This document shows, piece after piece, positions 1-12,285 of a stretch of 22,711 nt of DNA (within the stretch, counting starts at the first letter, position 1; each line of letters starts with the position of its first letter). The DNA is from Eledone cirrhosa (Eukaryota): the NCBI GenBank assembly GCA_964016885.1, contig CAXHJY010000616.1, positions 1 through 22,711 on the forward strand. Direction: 5' to 3'. The position numbers and the translations under genes are program-made. The notes beneath the pieces are model-generated. The model worked only from the letters and a program-made list of their open reading frames with translations. It did no database searches and was not told the origin of the DNA.

Positions 1-72
1 AGTTTTATAGATAAATATATTCGACATACCGTAATAAACATCAACTTCATTTGAAGAGGTTTACGCTAGCAG

Positions 73-422
73 TATATATACATATTTATATATATATATA
101 TACATATTTATATATATATATATACATATTTATATATATATATATACATATTTATATATATATATATACATATTTATATATATATATATACATATTTATA
201 TATATATATATACATATTTATATATATATATATACATATTTATATATATATATATACATATTTATATATATATATACATATTTATATATATATACATATT
301 TATATATATATATATATATACATATTTATATATATATATATATACATATTTATATATATATATATATACATATTTATATATATATATACATATTTATATA
401 TATATATATATATATACATATT

Positions 423-459
<37 letters not shown>

Positions 460-486
460 ATATATACATATTTATATATATATACA

Positions 487-565
<79 letters not shown>

Positions 566-614
566 TTATATATATAATATATATATATATACATATTTAT
601 ATATATAATATATA
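73..614. repeat. (TA)n-based microsatellite/minisatellite with TACATATT(TA)n unit
   Basis: Directly visible tandem array; the TACATATTTATATA unit recurs after the RTE copy at 1481-1600. Confidence 0.95.
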
Positions 615-1481
615 TTAGCTGCTAAAGGGTTCTCACTAAAAATGAAAGGCAGGTTGTACGATGCCTGCATACGAACAGCAATGCTGCATGGCAGTGAGAC
701 CTGGGCATTGTGTGCAGAGGATATACGCAGACTAGAGAGGAACGAAGCTTGCATGCTCCGCTGGATGTGTAACAGTAATATACGTGAACGGCAAAGCATA
801 AACGAACTAAGGAAAAAATTAGAGATAAGAGGGATCAGATGTTGTTTACTCGAGAGAAGGCTACGTTGGTATGGACACGTGATGCGCATGAAAGTCGATA
901 GCTGTATAACAAAGTGCAGGGCAATAAAGATAGACGGTAGTCACGGAATAGGCAGACCTAGAAAAACCTGGGACGAGCTGATAAACTCCGACATCACACA
1001 CTTACACCTCTCCAAGACAATGTCACTGGACCGAGACCTTTGGCGGTACTCAGTAACAGAGAAGACCCGCCTTACCTAAATATATAGTAAAACCTACTCC
1101 AGCCAGTAGGCATCTCGAACAAAATACACCCCGTCCCACCACCCCCACCCCCACCCCATCCACACCACCCCGTTCTATGTAAAGTTATGTTGGTGCCGCG
1201 CCATCGAGGCCGAAACAAATGAGATCGTGTAGGTGTCACGACAAAAAAACACACAGTCCACGCTGTAATGTGGCCGTGTAGGCAACACGGTAAAAACCTC
1301 CCAGACCCACACTGTAAATGTGGTTGGTGTTAGGAAGGGCATCCAACTGTAGAAAACCTGCCAGACAGTCCTATGCGAGCAAGACAATCACTCTTGCCTC
1401 AAGTGGGACTACCCCCGTCCAAACCCATGCAAGCGTGGAACACGGACGTTAAACGTTGATGATGATGATGATGATGATGAT
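615..1481 (+). mobile_element. 5'-truncated RTE-clade LINE (ORF2 C-terminus, 3'UTR, (GAT)n tail)
   Basis: ORF 642-1079 has RTE C-terminal motifs (LY..CIR.AMLHGSETW, RRLRWYGHVMR, GRPRKTW). The 3'UTR ends CCCATGCAAGCGTGGAACACGGACGTTAAACGTT(GAT)n. Homologous to 8140-9050 on the minus strand. Confidence 0.92.
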
Positions 1482-1605
1482 ACATATTTATATATATAAT
1501 ATATATATATAGATATACATATTTATATACATATTTATATATATAATATATATATATATATACATATTTATATATATAATATATATATATATAGATATAC
1601 ATATT

Positions 1606-1636
<31 letters not shown>

Positions 1637-1642
1637 ATATAT

Positions 1643-1674
<32 letters not shown>

Positions 1675-1691
1675 ATATATATATATATATA

Positions 1692-1752
<61 letters not shown>

Positions 1753-1800
1753 GATGATGATGATGATGATACATATTTATATATATATATATATATATAT
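1482..1800. repeat. (TA)n array containing an orphan (GAT)n tract at ~1751-1770
   Basis: Directly visible. Confidence 0.9.
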
Positions 1801-2114
1801 AAGAAAAATGGAGTGCTGCGTGGTTGAACATGGGTTACATATGAATAAAATTAGTCCTTCATCAGTGATCTTCCAACTTTCATTGGTATTTCATCGCTTT
1901 AAAAAGCATATAGCTCTAGTTGGTGCGAGCAATAACTAAATAAAGTTATTGGGACAAGTGAAATAGGGTGAAACAAGCGAGACATGTAAACAAACAAAGA
2001 TGGTATTGCAACAGAAAGATAGGAAGAGACAAGTACATGATATCTGTAAGCTTAAGCTTGGTGAATTCATGGACGAGAGATACAGACCATCCGACATGGG
2101 TGAGATGTGAGTTT
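1801..2114 (-). mobile_element. Non-coding dispersed repeat fragment, probable Penelope-like pseudo-LTR remnant
   Basis: Shares blocks with 7441-7854 (AATAACTAAA..AAGTTATTGGGA, GAGACA.GTAAACAAACA, AGACCATC, TCATCAGTG). The minus strand carries CACTGATGA and ends CAGCACTCCATTTTTCT|(TA)n. Confidence 0.5.
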
Positions 2115-2340
2115 CATCATCATCATCATCATCATCGTTTAACATTCATCTTCCACGCTTGCATGGGTTTGGACGGGAGTTTTCCCACTTGAGTCAAGAT
2201 TGGTTGTCCTGCTCGTATAGGACTGTCTGGCAGGTTTTCTATGGCTGGATGCCCTTCCTAACACCAACCACGTTTACAGTGTGGGCTGGGAGGTTTTTAC
2301 CGTGTTACCTACAGGGCCACATTACAGCATGGACTGTGTG

Positions 2341-2345
<5 letters not shown>
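2115..2345 (-). mobile_element. RTE LINE 3'UTR fragment with (GAT)n tail
   Basis: Reverse complement of ~1250-1480; (CAT)n at 2115-2135. Confidence 0.9.
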
Positions 2346-2387
<42 letters not shown>

Positions 2388-2734
2388 ACACACACACTCA
2401 CACAGTTACATGTACACATACACAGACACACATACGCAAGACTTGCTAACAGTTCAAAGAGATGCTTGCAAGTCAGTGTTTACTTACAAACACAACAGAC
2501 TGGGGTATTAATAGATCATAATAAATATATACTACTACTACTATTACTTACTGACCAGCTTGCTTCAATATTCCACTGTGGTAGGAGGGTCAAATCATGT
2601 GGGAGTTGAAAATGTGATTATAGAGAAAGATATATAACTAGAGAGAGAAGGGTTGTATATGTGAATCTGAGGAAGTAATGAGAGAGAGAGAGTTATTGAT
2701 AAAGAAATGGAGTTTGAGAGAAGCTAACTGTGGA

Positions 2735-3128
<394 letters not shown>

Positions 3129-3250
3129 AATATTTTTGATCTTATATAATCAATTGTTATCTAAACATTGGAATGCTTTAGATGTTTATATTTTATTACA
3201 TGAACATAAATGAAACAATATTTATTGTCAGTTATTGATCTCTGACAGAA

Positions 3251-3434
3251 AGTACAAGGACACACACAAATAGAAATATAGTCAATTTACTAGCACACCC
3301 CACTATAATGACTGGCACTGTATTTTATTATCCCTGGCTACCATGATACACATGAGTAGAAATATAGTTGATGTATTACAACATCCCACTCTAATGACTG
3401 GTACTATATTTTATGAAGCCTGGGTACAAGGATA
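3251..3434. repeat. Two diverged ~87-bp tandem units, containing SINE-like minus-strand sequence
   Basis: TAGAAATATAGT...CCCACT.TAATGACTGG.ACT.TATTTTAT occurs twice. ACTGGTACT..ATTTTAT is the reverse complement of a motif in the SINE at ~16150-16170. Confidence 0.55.
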
Positions 3435-3915
3435 CAGACCATCAATTGAGAGTTCTACTGCAACATTTTGAAACGTTTGAGGGAGGATGTTCAGCAAAAG
3501 CGACCGGATCTGTGGAGCATGAAGAATCGGATTCTTCATGACGACAATACACCCAGACACCGAGTTCTCCTCCCTCATGAGTTTCTCACAAAAAACAATA
3601 TTATATTGCTTCTGTATCTGCCCTAGTCACCAGATTTAGCACCTGTGGACTCTCAACTCTTCTCCAAGCTGAAAATGCAGCTTAAAGGTCGCCGTTTTAA
3701 CACAGTTGCTAAGATCCAGAGCAAATCGCAGAAGGTCTTCAACTCGCTTACAGAAAACAACTTCCAGGCTGGATTCCATAAGTGGTACAAACGCTGAAAC
3801 CAGTGTTTTGCTATGCAAGGCGACTATTTCGAAGGAGATGATGTTAAAACTTACATAAAAATATTAGTTTTTTTTAAATGTAACTATTCCTGGAACTTTT
3901 TGATACCACCTTGTA
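3435..3915 (+). mobile_element. Mariner (DD34D) transposase pseudogene, 3' half with right TIR
   Basis: My translation from 3435: QTIN*EFYCNILKRLRE..KRPDLW..ILHDDNTPRH..LP*SPDLAPVD..LFSKLK..LKGRRF..W.KR*NQC..QGDYFEGD. It has in-frame stops and ends TTCCTGGAACTTTTTGATACCACCTTG-TA (TIR-like plus TA). Confidence 0.9.
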
Positions 3916-3929
3916 TCTTGTAGATCACC

Positions 3930-4480
3930 AATGCTAGAGAAATTGTCATGTCTTTCACATAACTAATGACTCCTCACAACCCTTTTTTGGCATGGTTTCA
4001 ATGAGATGCTCTTCTTATTGCCAACCACTATACAGCTGTAGAGTCCTCTCTATCCTATGAAGGGGGGGGGGGGATGAGGAGAGGGAGAGAAGTATGATGT
4101 CATGGGTGTAAGATAAATGTAGTGGGATTTGACAGGGTGATGAGTAGGAGGGGAGGGATGACCTCCGACAACATGAGTGGGACGTACTATGATAACAGCT
4201 ACAAAGGGGTTATGAATGGTGTATCAGAATTTTAGAGGGAAGTGTAGTGTTGGTGAGCTACTAAGGAATGATAGTGGGATGAGGGTGTATAATGATGGTG
4301 AGAATAGCTACTAAGGAGTGATAATGAGAGGACATAGATGGGTTGGGGTGTACAGTGATGATCAGAGTAGCTCCTAAAGTGTGATAGTAGAAGGGGCATA
4401 GATGGGGTGGAGGTGTACAGTGACAGTGAGGATAGTTACTAAGGAAAGCTAGTGGAAAGTGGTGTATGTGGATGGGTCAA
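3930..4480 (-). mobile_element. Old RTE-family 3'UTR fragment with internal minisatellite
   Basis: The reverse complement aligns by eye with ~5790-6345 (AGAGAGG..CT.CAG, AAGGGTTG...AGTTATGT..AAGAC, CCTTAGTAGCTA minisatellite units). Confidence 0.6.
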
Positions 4481-4589
4481 GTCACATTTTATGTTGGGCT
4501 TTTAAGAGTGCAGCATATTGCCACTCTCGTGGTTCTTTGTCATTTCTAATGTGAGGTTCTGCTTTTAAGGCTGCCTTCCATCACTCGTG

Positions 4590-5490
4590 AAAATGGCCCA
4601 GGATACTTGAACTTCTCCACCTGCTTTAGTGGAACTCCATTCACATGTAGAATGCACTGCACAAGCTTCCTTGAGAGGACAAGTATCTCAGTTTTCACAG
4701 CACTGATTTTCATTCAAGCCATGCATTACTCAGCATCAAACTTATCAAGTGCAATTTGTAAATCACTTCTATCAAGTTAAATAACACCATGTCATCTGAA
4801 AATTCCAGCTGACTGATTTTACACCCACCAGTCTGGCTACGCATGTCAATCCTGTTTATGTAAATAAGGAAAAGGAGAGGTGACAGTACGCACCCTTGGT
4901 GGAGTATGACTGCCACATTGAATGGTTTCAATTTAGCACCTTTTATCCAAACACAAATATTCAGGCATTCGTATAGAGACATTAGGGCAACAATGCACTG
5001 CACAGCAGATGCACCTCGTGTTTATCAGAAGATGCTGTTGTGATTGGGTTTAGGAGATCAGCAAAGTATTCTTTCCACCTCATGAGGATGCACCTCTCTG
5101 AAGGAAGGAGAACCCCAGGCACGTTTGTGATAGCAAGTGAGGGGTGGGCTCTTTATTATGAAGTCGGCGGATGGTCTGCCAGAACATTTTATTTGTTGAT
5201 CTGAAGTCATATTCCAGCTTAACGCCAAAATACTACCATGTCTTAATTTTGGACACCTTTACTGTCTCTGCTGTGATTCTTCGTGCCTGCTTGTACTGTA
5301 AATGCAAGAAGGAGGGCTTATTTCTAAACCATGCTTTGTAGGTTTCCTTCTTTGCTCAGATGGCGTCTTTGGCCTCTTGGTTAAACCAAGGGGTCGTTCT
5401 GCCATCTGGCACCACAACAAGCCCCTTTTGCCTGCAGCCTTTAACAGCTGAAGCAGAAACTGCTGAGCTGAACAATCTCTACTCTGTCTC
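4590..5490 (-). mobile_element. Degenerate LINE ORF2 fragment (second RTE-like family) with internal deletion
   Basis: Minus-strand peptides PWFNQEAKDAI*AKK (~5350-5395), ILMRWKEYFADLLNP (~5045-5090), LHQGCVLSPLLFLIY, LEFSDDMVL (degenerate YADD) and EKFKY (~4605-4620). Confidence 0.8.
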
Positions 5491-5585
5491 AACATCATCA
5501 GTTTGCTCAGGGAGTTCTCTGAATTTGGATGCAATAGTATCCACATAACTGGTCCTGACTTTATACTGATATCTCTTCTCCTTTG

Positions 5586-6542
5586 AACATGGAAGATGGC
5601 AGCTGCATAAAAAAATGCAAAGAAACCCGAGTGGCTGGGACCCATGGAAGAGGCAGAGCCAAGAAAACTTGAGATGAGATGGTGAAGACTGACCTTAAAA
5701 AATGTAACCTTACAACAAAAATGACAAAGAACTGCAAGGGCTGGCACTATGCTGTGCTTGTGAAGACTTGGTCACTAACACTCTCTAGTAACTATTCTCA
5801 CCCTCACTACACACTGCCACCCCATCTATGACCCCCTCCAGGATTACTCCTAAGCTACACTCCTCACCTAATGCCCTTAGGTACCTTCACACCTTAGTAG
5901 CTACTCTCTCCACCCCTATGCACCCTGCATATGCCCCCACGAAAACCATTCCTTAGCTATTTTCTCCATCACTACACCCCTCCTTATTGACACTGGTGAT
6001 GAGTAGAGCCCACCCCACACAATTGGCTATACCATCCACACATCACCACCACTATCTCCACTTAGTTATTCTCACCACCACCACATCTTCTCTTCCCCTA
6101 TGATGCTACCAAAAGTTACTACTTCACCGTATCAAATCACACCACACTTACATAATTTCATACATATATCTCTTCTCCTTTCAAATCCTGATCCCCATAG
6201 AGCAGAGAGGGTTCTTCAGTTGGGACAATGACCAACAACCACTCTAGTGGCTAGTGATAGGAAGGGTATCCAACCATAGAAGGCTTACCAAGCAAGGGTT
6301 GGGTGGACTCTTCAGTTATGTCCAAGACCTCCTTAATGCTGGTTCCACAATAAAATACACTCAGTAGAATCTATCTATCTAGGGAGGGTAAAATTCCCGA
6401 GATGAATGTGAGACCATATGTAAGCAAGATGTGGAACCCCAGCCTGTCTGAGAGATTAGTAGTCCCACTTCAGTACTGACTCAGTTTGTGAAAACCTGTC
6501 CAACACTAGCTAGCAGGGAAAGCGAATGTTAAATAGTGATGA

Positions 6543-6547
<5 letters not shown>
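5586..6547 (+). mobile_element. Old 5'-truncated RTE copy (ORF2 end, long minisatellite-containing 3'UTR, (GAT)n tail)
   Basis: 5589-5775 translates MEDGSCIKKC..GTHGRGRAKKT*DEMVKTDLK, matching the end of ORF 642-1079. It has the GGAAGGGTATCCAAC 3'UTR motif (~6260) and ends ACCTGTCCAAC...GTTAAATAGTGATGATGAT. Confidence 0.7.
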
Positions 6548-6596
<49 letters not shown>

Positions 6597-6604
6597 GAGT
6601 GTGT

Positions 6605-6635
<31 letters not shown>

Positions 6636-6641
6636 GATATA

Positions 6642-6737
6642 TTTCACCGTATTTTTGACTAAAGAAATTTTAGTCTGATAATAGGTTCTAAACCCCATTA
6701 TCAGACTAAAATTTCTTTAGTCAAAAATACGATGAAA
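6642..6737. repeat. Hairpin/palindrome with 41-bp arms and 14-nt spacer
   Basis: 6642-6682 versus the reverse complement of 6697-6737, one mismatch. Confidence 0.92.
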
Positions 6738-6794
6738 GCTATTCTATTTTCTAATTTCAAACCTGCTCACTGTTTCAAAACATACTTACTTGTC

Positions 6795-6825
<31 letters not shown>

Positions 6826-7080
6826 AGAAGTATAAATAAGTAAATAAAATAAAATAAAATAAATAAATAAATAAATAAATACATACACAAACACGATAAC
6901 AACAAGTACATAAACACACACTAGTCACCCATCACACAGCAAACAAAACACTATACACACACGCAAACGCATGCGCAAAGAAGACAAAATAAAATAAACA
7001 AACAAGCAAATAAATAAATAAATATATAGACAGACTGAATAAAAATGGCGTAGACATATAATACAACAGGAGGAAACGAT

Positions 7081-7145
7081 AACACCACTGACGATGTTGC
7101 AGATGTGCAACGAAAGATTTATGATAAACTATATATATGTGTTTG
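7081..7145 (+). ncRNA. Candidate degenerate type I hammerhead ribozyme
   Basis: CTGACGA (7088-7094), extra T, perfect stem II GTTGCA-gatg-TGCAAC, GAAA (7112-7115), stem III closing on a CTA triplet (7129-7131). Stem I is interrupted by a short TA run. Confidence 0.5.
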
Positions 7146-7440
7146 TGTCTATATTGTATCTGTATTATTTTTGACCGTCGGTCAGTCAATGGCAACATTG
7201 AGGACCGAGTAAGTTAGATTACCGATATAAAAGACACAGAAGCGAGAAGCGAAAACCAACCAAACAGTGAGTGTGTTCTGTTATTAATTCTGGCAATATT
7301 ACACAAATATGACCCTCCCCAAGTATAACCATATACATATACATATATACATATATATATATACATATACATACATATATATACATATACATACATATAT
7401 ATATACATATATATACATATATATACATATATATACATAT

Positions 7441-7854
7441 ATATATAAATTAAAATGAAGAATTAGAAATAGAAGCCAGGACTATACATCATCAGTGGTC
7501 TACTAGCCATCATAGGTATTTCTTCGCATTACAGACCATATAACTCAGGCTAATGCAATACAATAACTAAAATAAGTTATTGGGATAAAAAGAATTGGGT
7601 GGAGAAAGAGAGACAGGTAAACAAACACGAATGGTGAGGCAACGTAAAGAGAGGAAAAATGAGAAAATCAAGTCAATGATTCATTTTGAACATAAGAACT
7701 TGCGAATATTGATGAGAAGACCATCTGGTCTTAATGCGAAGAAATACCTATGATAGCTAGTAGACCACTGATGATGGATAGTCCTGGCTTCTATTTCTAA
7801 TTCATCATTTTAATTTATATATCACATTTGCAACAACACAGCACACCATTTTTC
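7441..7854. mobile_element. Fold-back element with ~97-bp inverted arms, probable Penelope-like pLTR inversion
   Basis: 7441-7538 versus the reverse complement of 7726-7822, few mismatches. The interior is homologous to ~1930-2090. Flanked by TA arrays. Confidence 0.65.
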
Positions 7855-7999
7855 ATACATATATATATACATATATACATATATATATATATACATATAT
7901 ATCTACATATACATATATATACATATATACATATATATACATATATACATATATATACATATATAATATATACATATATATAATATATACATATATATC

Positions 8000-9925
<1,926 letters not shown>

Positions 9926-10399
9926 TATATATATATACATATATATACTATATATATATAAAACGGAAGATATCTGTGTGTGTGTGTATGATTTTTATGC
10001 ATTTCCACATTTTTCTACCGATTTTGATGATTTTTTTCCAATGTGCTCCAAATTTACCAACGATGGTCAACGCGTAATAAACTTTGCCAAACATTTCCTG
10101 CTTCTATGAAAAAAATCGATAAAACTAAATACATGCTGTAACCCTCTCGCTTACATGCTTAATCTCTCTCTCTACTACCCTCAACAATCTATGAAACTAC
10201 ATACATGTTGTAACTCTCTTTAAAAGGTTCATCCCTCCCTCTACTCCCCTCTCAATCTCATCTGCAACTCTCTTTAAAAGTTTAATGCCTCTCTCTACTA
10301 CCCTATCACCATTACAGTTTACAACAGCGACAAAACTTCGTTCAGGAACGCGACATAAACTTTGAAAACTAAGCAACACATCAATTTATACAACAAACA

Positions 10400-10730
10400 T
10401 AGCTTTACTCTCTCCGTCGCTCTTCCCTCTCCCTATAATTGATTATTCCCTCTCTCTATAATTTAACTGCTTTACTCTCTTCATGCTTTGAGGTTTAACA
10501 CACCTTCCTATAGTTTCTTAGCTTTACTTTCTCTGTCGCTCTTCCCTCTCTCTATAATAGATCATTCCCCCTCTCTATAATTTAACTGCTTCACTCTCTC
10601 TTTGTCACTCTTCACTCTCTATATGACAACACCGTTTTACACACCTCCCTATAATTTCTTAGCTTTACTCTCTCCATCGCTCTTCCCTCTCTCTATAATA
10701 GATTATTCCCCCTCTCTATAATTTAACTGC
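10400..10730. repeat. Three-copy ~120-140 bp minisatellite inside the Helitron
   Basis: TAGCTTTACT.TCT..TCGCTCTTCCCTCT..CTATAAT..AT.ATTCCC..CTCTATAATTTAACTGCT starts at 10400, 10519 and 10660. Confidence 0.85.
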
Positions 10731-10954
10731 TGGGGGATCCATTGGAGTTCCATATTGACATACGGCTTTCCTGGGGCATTTTAAAGTGACTTATTGCAAA
10801 TAACAACCCGCAAAATAACACTTCATATAACAGATTAATGCTATAGACATATGAATCAGAATGTTTAAATTATTTATTTTTTACGACTTTATTGGTTAAA
10901 TATTAATATGACAACACCCATAGTGTTGTACTTCTGGCAATTCTGCCGAATACA

Positions 10955-11221
10955 CTGCCAAGGATGAACCTTTTCCCCTCGGCGTCAGATATCACGTTCG
11001 ATTTCCGGCGATCCCAATTCCCGGTGAGACCGTGTTTTGCCATGTCCATTAACAAGTCACAAGGGCAAACATTGTCAGTGACGGGCATCCATTTGAGGGA
11101 GCCATGCTTCTCCCATGGCCAACTTTATCTTGCCTGTTCCCGAGTAGGAAGCAGGAATGGACTTTTTGCTTACACTCCTCAAGGGATGACATGCAATATC
11201 GTCTACAAAGAGGTGCTATAG
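10955..11221 (+). pseudogene. Helitron RepHel Pif1-like helicase C-terminal fragment
   Basis: LPRMNLFPS..FDFRRSQFPVRPCFAMSINKSQGQTL..G..L..PCFSHGQLYLACSRV..NIVYKEVL*, i.e. the C-terminal SF1/Pif1 helicase motifs typical of Helitrons. Confidence 0.9.
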
Positions 11222-11547
11222 ATGTTGGTGCAGGTGTTGGAGGTGTTGGAGCTATGCCGTCTGGAAAACTATTTCCTGGTAGGGTCACCCATGGCGGACA
11301 GATCTGACACCCAGCGGCATCAGGGCCACCATCTTGCAACTTTGGTCTGCTAAATTCGCTATTGGAAGATTATTAACCCATCATTGATTGTCCAAAATGC
11401 TAATTGGTTCGTAACTTTTAATAACCAGTTCAACTGCTTTATGCACTTAATTGATAAGCTTATTCGCTTTCAAGCCACGTTTACCTGCATGTAACTTTTC
11501 ATAGCAAATGAACAAACCCGAGCAACGCCGGGCTAACCTGGTAGTAT

Positions 11548-11720
11548 TCGGCCTTTTGGCTAAGATCAAAGTGTAGTATCTGTTCTTATCAGCTTAATAT
11601 CTGATATGGTCCCTATATGGGACCATCGATATTAAAATGATTTTTAGAACTAGGTGAAGAGTTAGGGGTTTGCTCCACCTTTGCCACGGGTTGACCTGGT
11701 ATTGCAGTATTTCCAGATGG
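11548..11720 (+). pseudogene. U2: U2 snRNA-derived copy lacking the first ~8 nt (probable pseudogene/retrocopy)
   Basis: TCGGCCTTTTGGCTAAGATCAAAGTGTAGTATCTGTTCTTATCAG including the branch-point pairing GTAGTA. Stems IIa and IIb pair, the Sm-like site is ATTTTTAG, and the stem IV loop reads ATTGCAGT. Confidence 0.92.
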
Positions 11721-11999
11721 AGGCACATGGCTTAGTGGTTACAGCATTGGCCTTGTAATCGAAAGGTTGTGAGTTCAATTCTCAGACCGGGTAATGTGTT
11801 GTTTCCTTGAGCAAGACACTTGATTTCACATTGCTCCAGTTTACTCAGCTGTAGAAATGAGATGATAGGAACTGGGGTCCCTATCATTCCACTGCAAAGT
11901 GGTCGTGTAGGTGCCACGGCAAAAAAGCACCCAGCACTCTCTGTAAATGAGGTTGGTGTTAGGAAGGGCATCCAGCTGTAGAAATCAAGCCAGAATCAG
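11719..11999 (+). mobile_element. tRNA-derived CORE-type SINE with RTE-derived 3' segment
   Basis: A box TGGCTTAGTGGTT, B box GAGTTCAATTCTC, CORE-like CCTTGAGCAAGACACTT...CAGTTTACTCAGCTGTAGAAATG. The 3' part GGTTGGTGTTAGGAAGGGCATCCAGCTGTAGAAA matches the RTE 3'UTR at ~1322-1355. Confidence 0.75.
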
Positions 12000-12011
12000 T
12001 TCCCGTCCCAC

Positions 12012-12285
12012 CCTTGCACCTGTAGACTACGTTTTTCGTCATGCATTCATTACTAAGGGGGCATAGCGATGGGTCTCTGCAATTACATGACTTCTTAAGC
12101 CCCACCACGTGTACCGCGTGGTTACCATCACCCGGGGTTGGCTGGGTAGCCTCCGCAATCAGCACAGGGTGGTTGGGTTCCGGTGTGCTAGTTGGGCCTG
12201 TCCGGGTTCCGGTGCGTCCCGCGTGCTGGTTCTGTTGGGTGGCTCCGGGGTTTACTGTGGTATTAGAGGCAGTGAGCCTATTCCT
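12012..12285 (-). mobile_element. Penelope-like element fragment (linker plus start of GIY-YIG endonuclease)
   Basis: KKSCNCRDPSLCPLSNECMTKNVVYRCK; inverted copy of ~14586-14807. Confidence 0.85.

Larger units (their letters stand above)
9948..11544 (+). mobile_element. Non-autonomous (internally deleted) Helitron
   Basis: The 3' terminus has the hairpin CCCGAGCAACGCCGGG followed by CTGGTAG|T (one change from CTAG|T). It contains a Pif1 helicase remnant. The 5' end (CTATATATATATAAAACGG..) is Helitron-like but blurred by the TA array. Confidence 0.72.

Noticed and set aside
51-608. Long Y/I-rich ORFs (also at 12041-12657, 14297-14777, 17873-18223 and elsewhere)
   Set aside because: Translations of (TA)n microsatellites, which lack stops in some frames.
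7768-7790. CTGATGA motifs (here and 1859-1865 minus) as intact hammerheads
   Set aside because: No downstream GAAA or stem III can be built; at most relics.
10400-10730. CRISPR-like repeat-spacer array
   Set aside because: Long degenerate low-complexity units, eukaryotic context, no cas genes.
10964-11221. Host PIF1 helicase exon
   Set aside because: Lies upstream of a Helitron 3' hairpin terminus, has a Helitron-type C-terminus, and no other exons are visible.
11719-11791. Functional tRNA gene
   Set aside because: Has A and B boxes but no clean acceptor stem, and continues into a SINE CORE domain.
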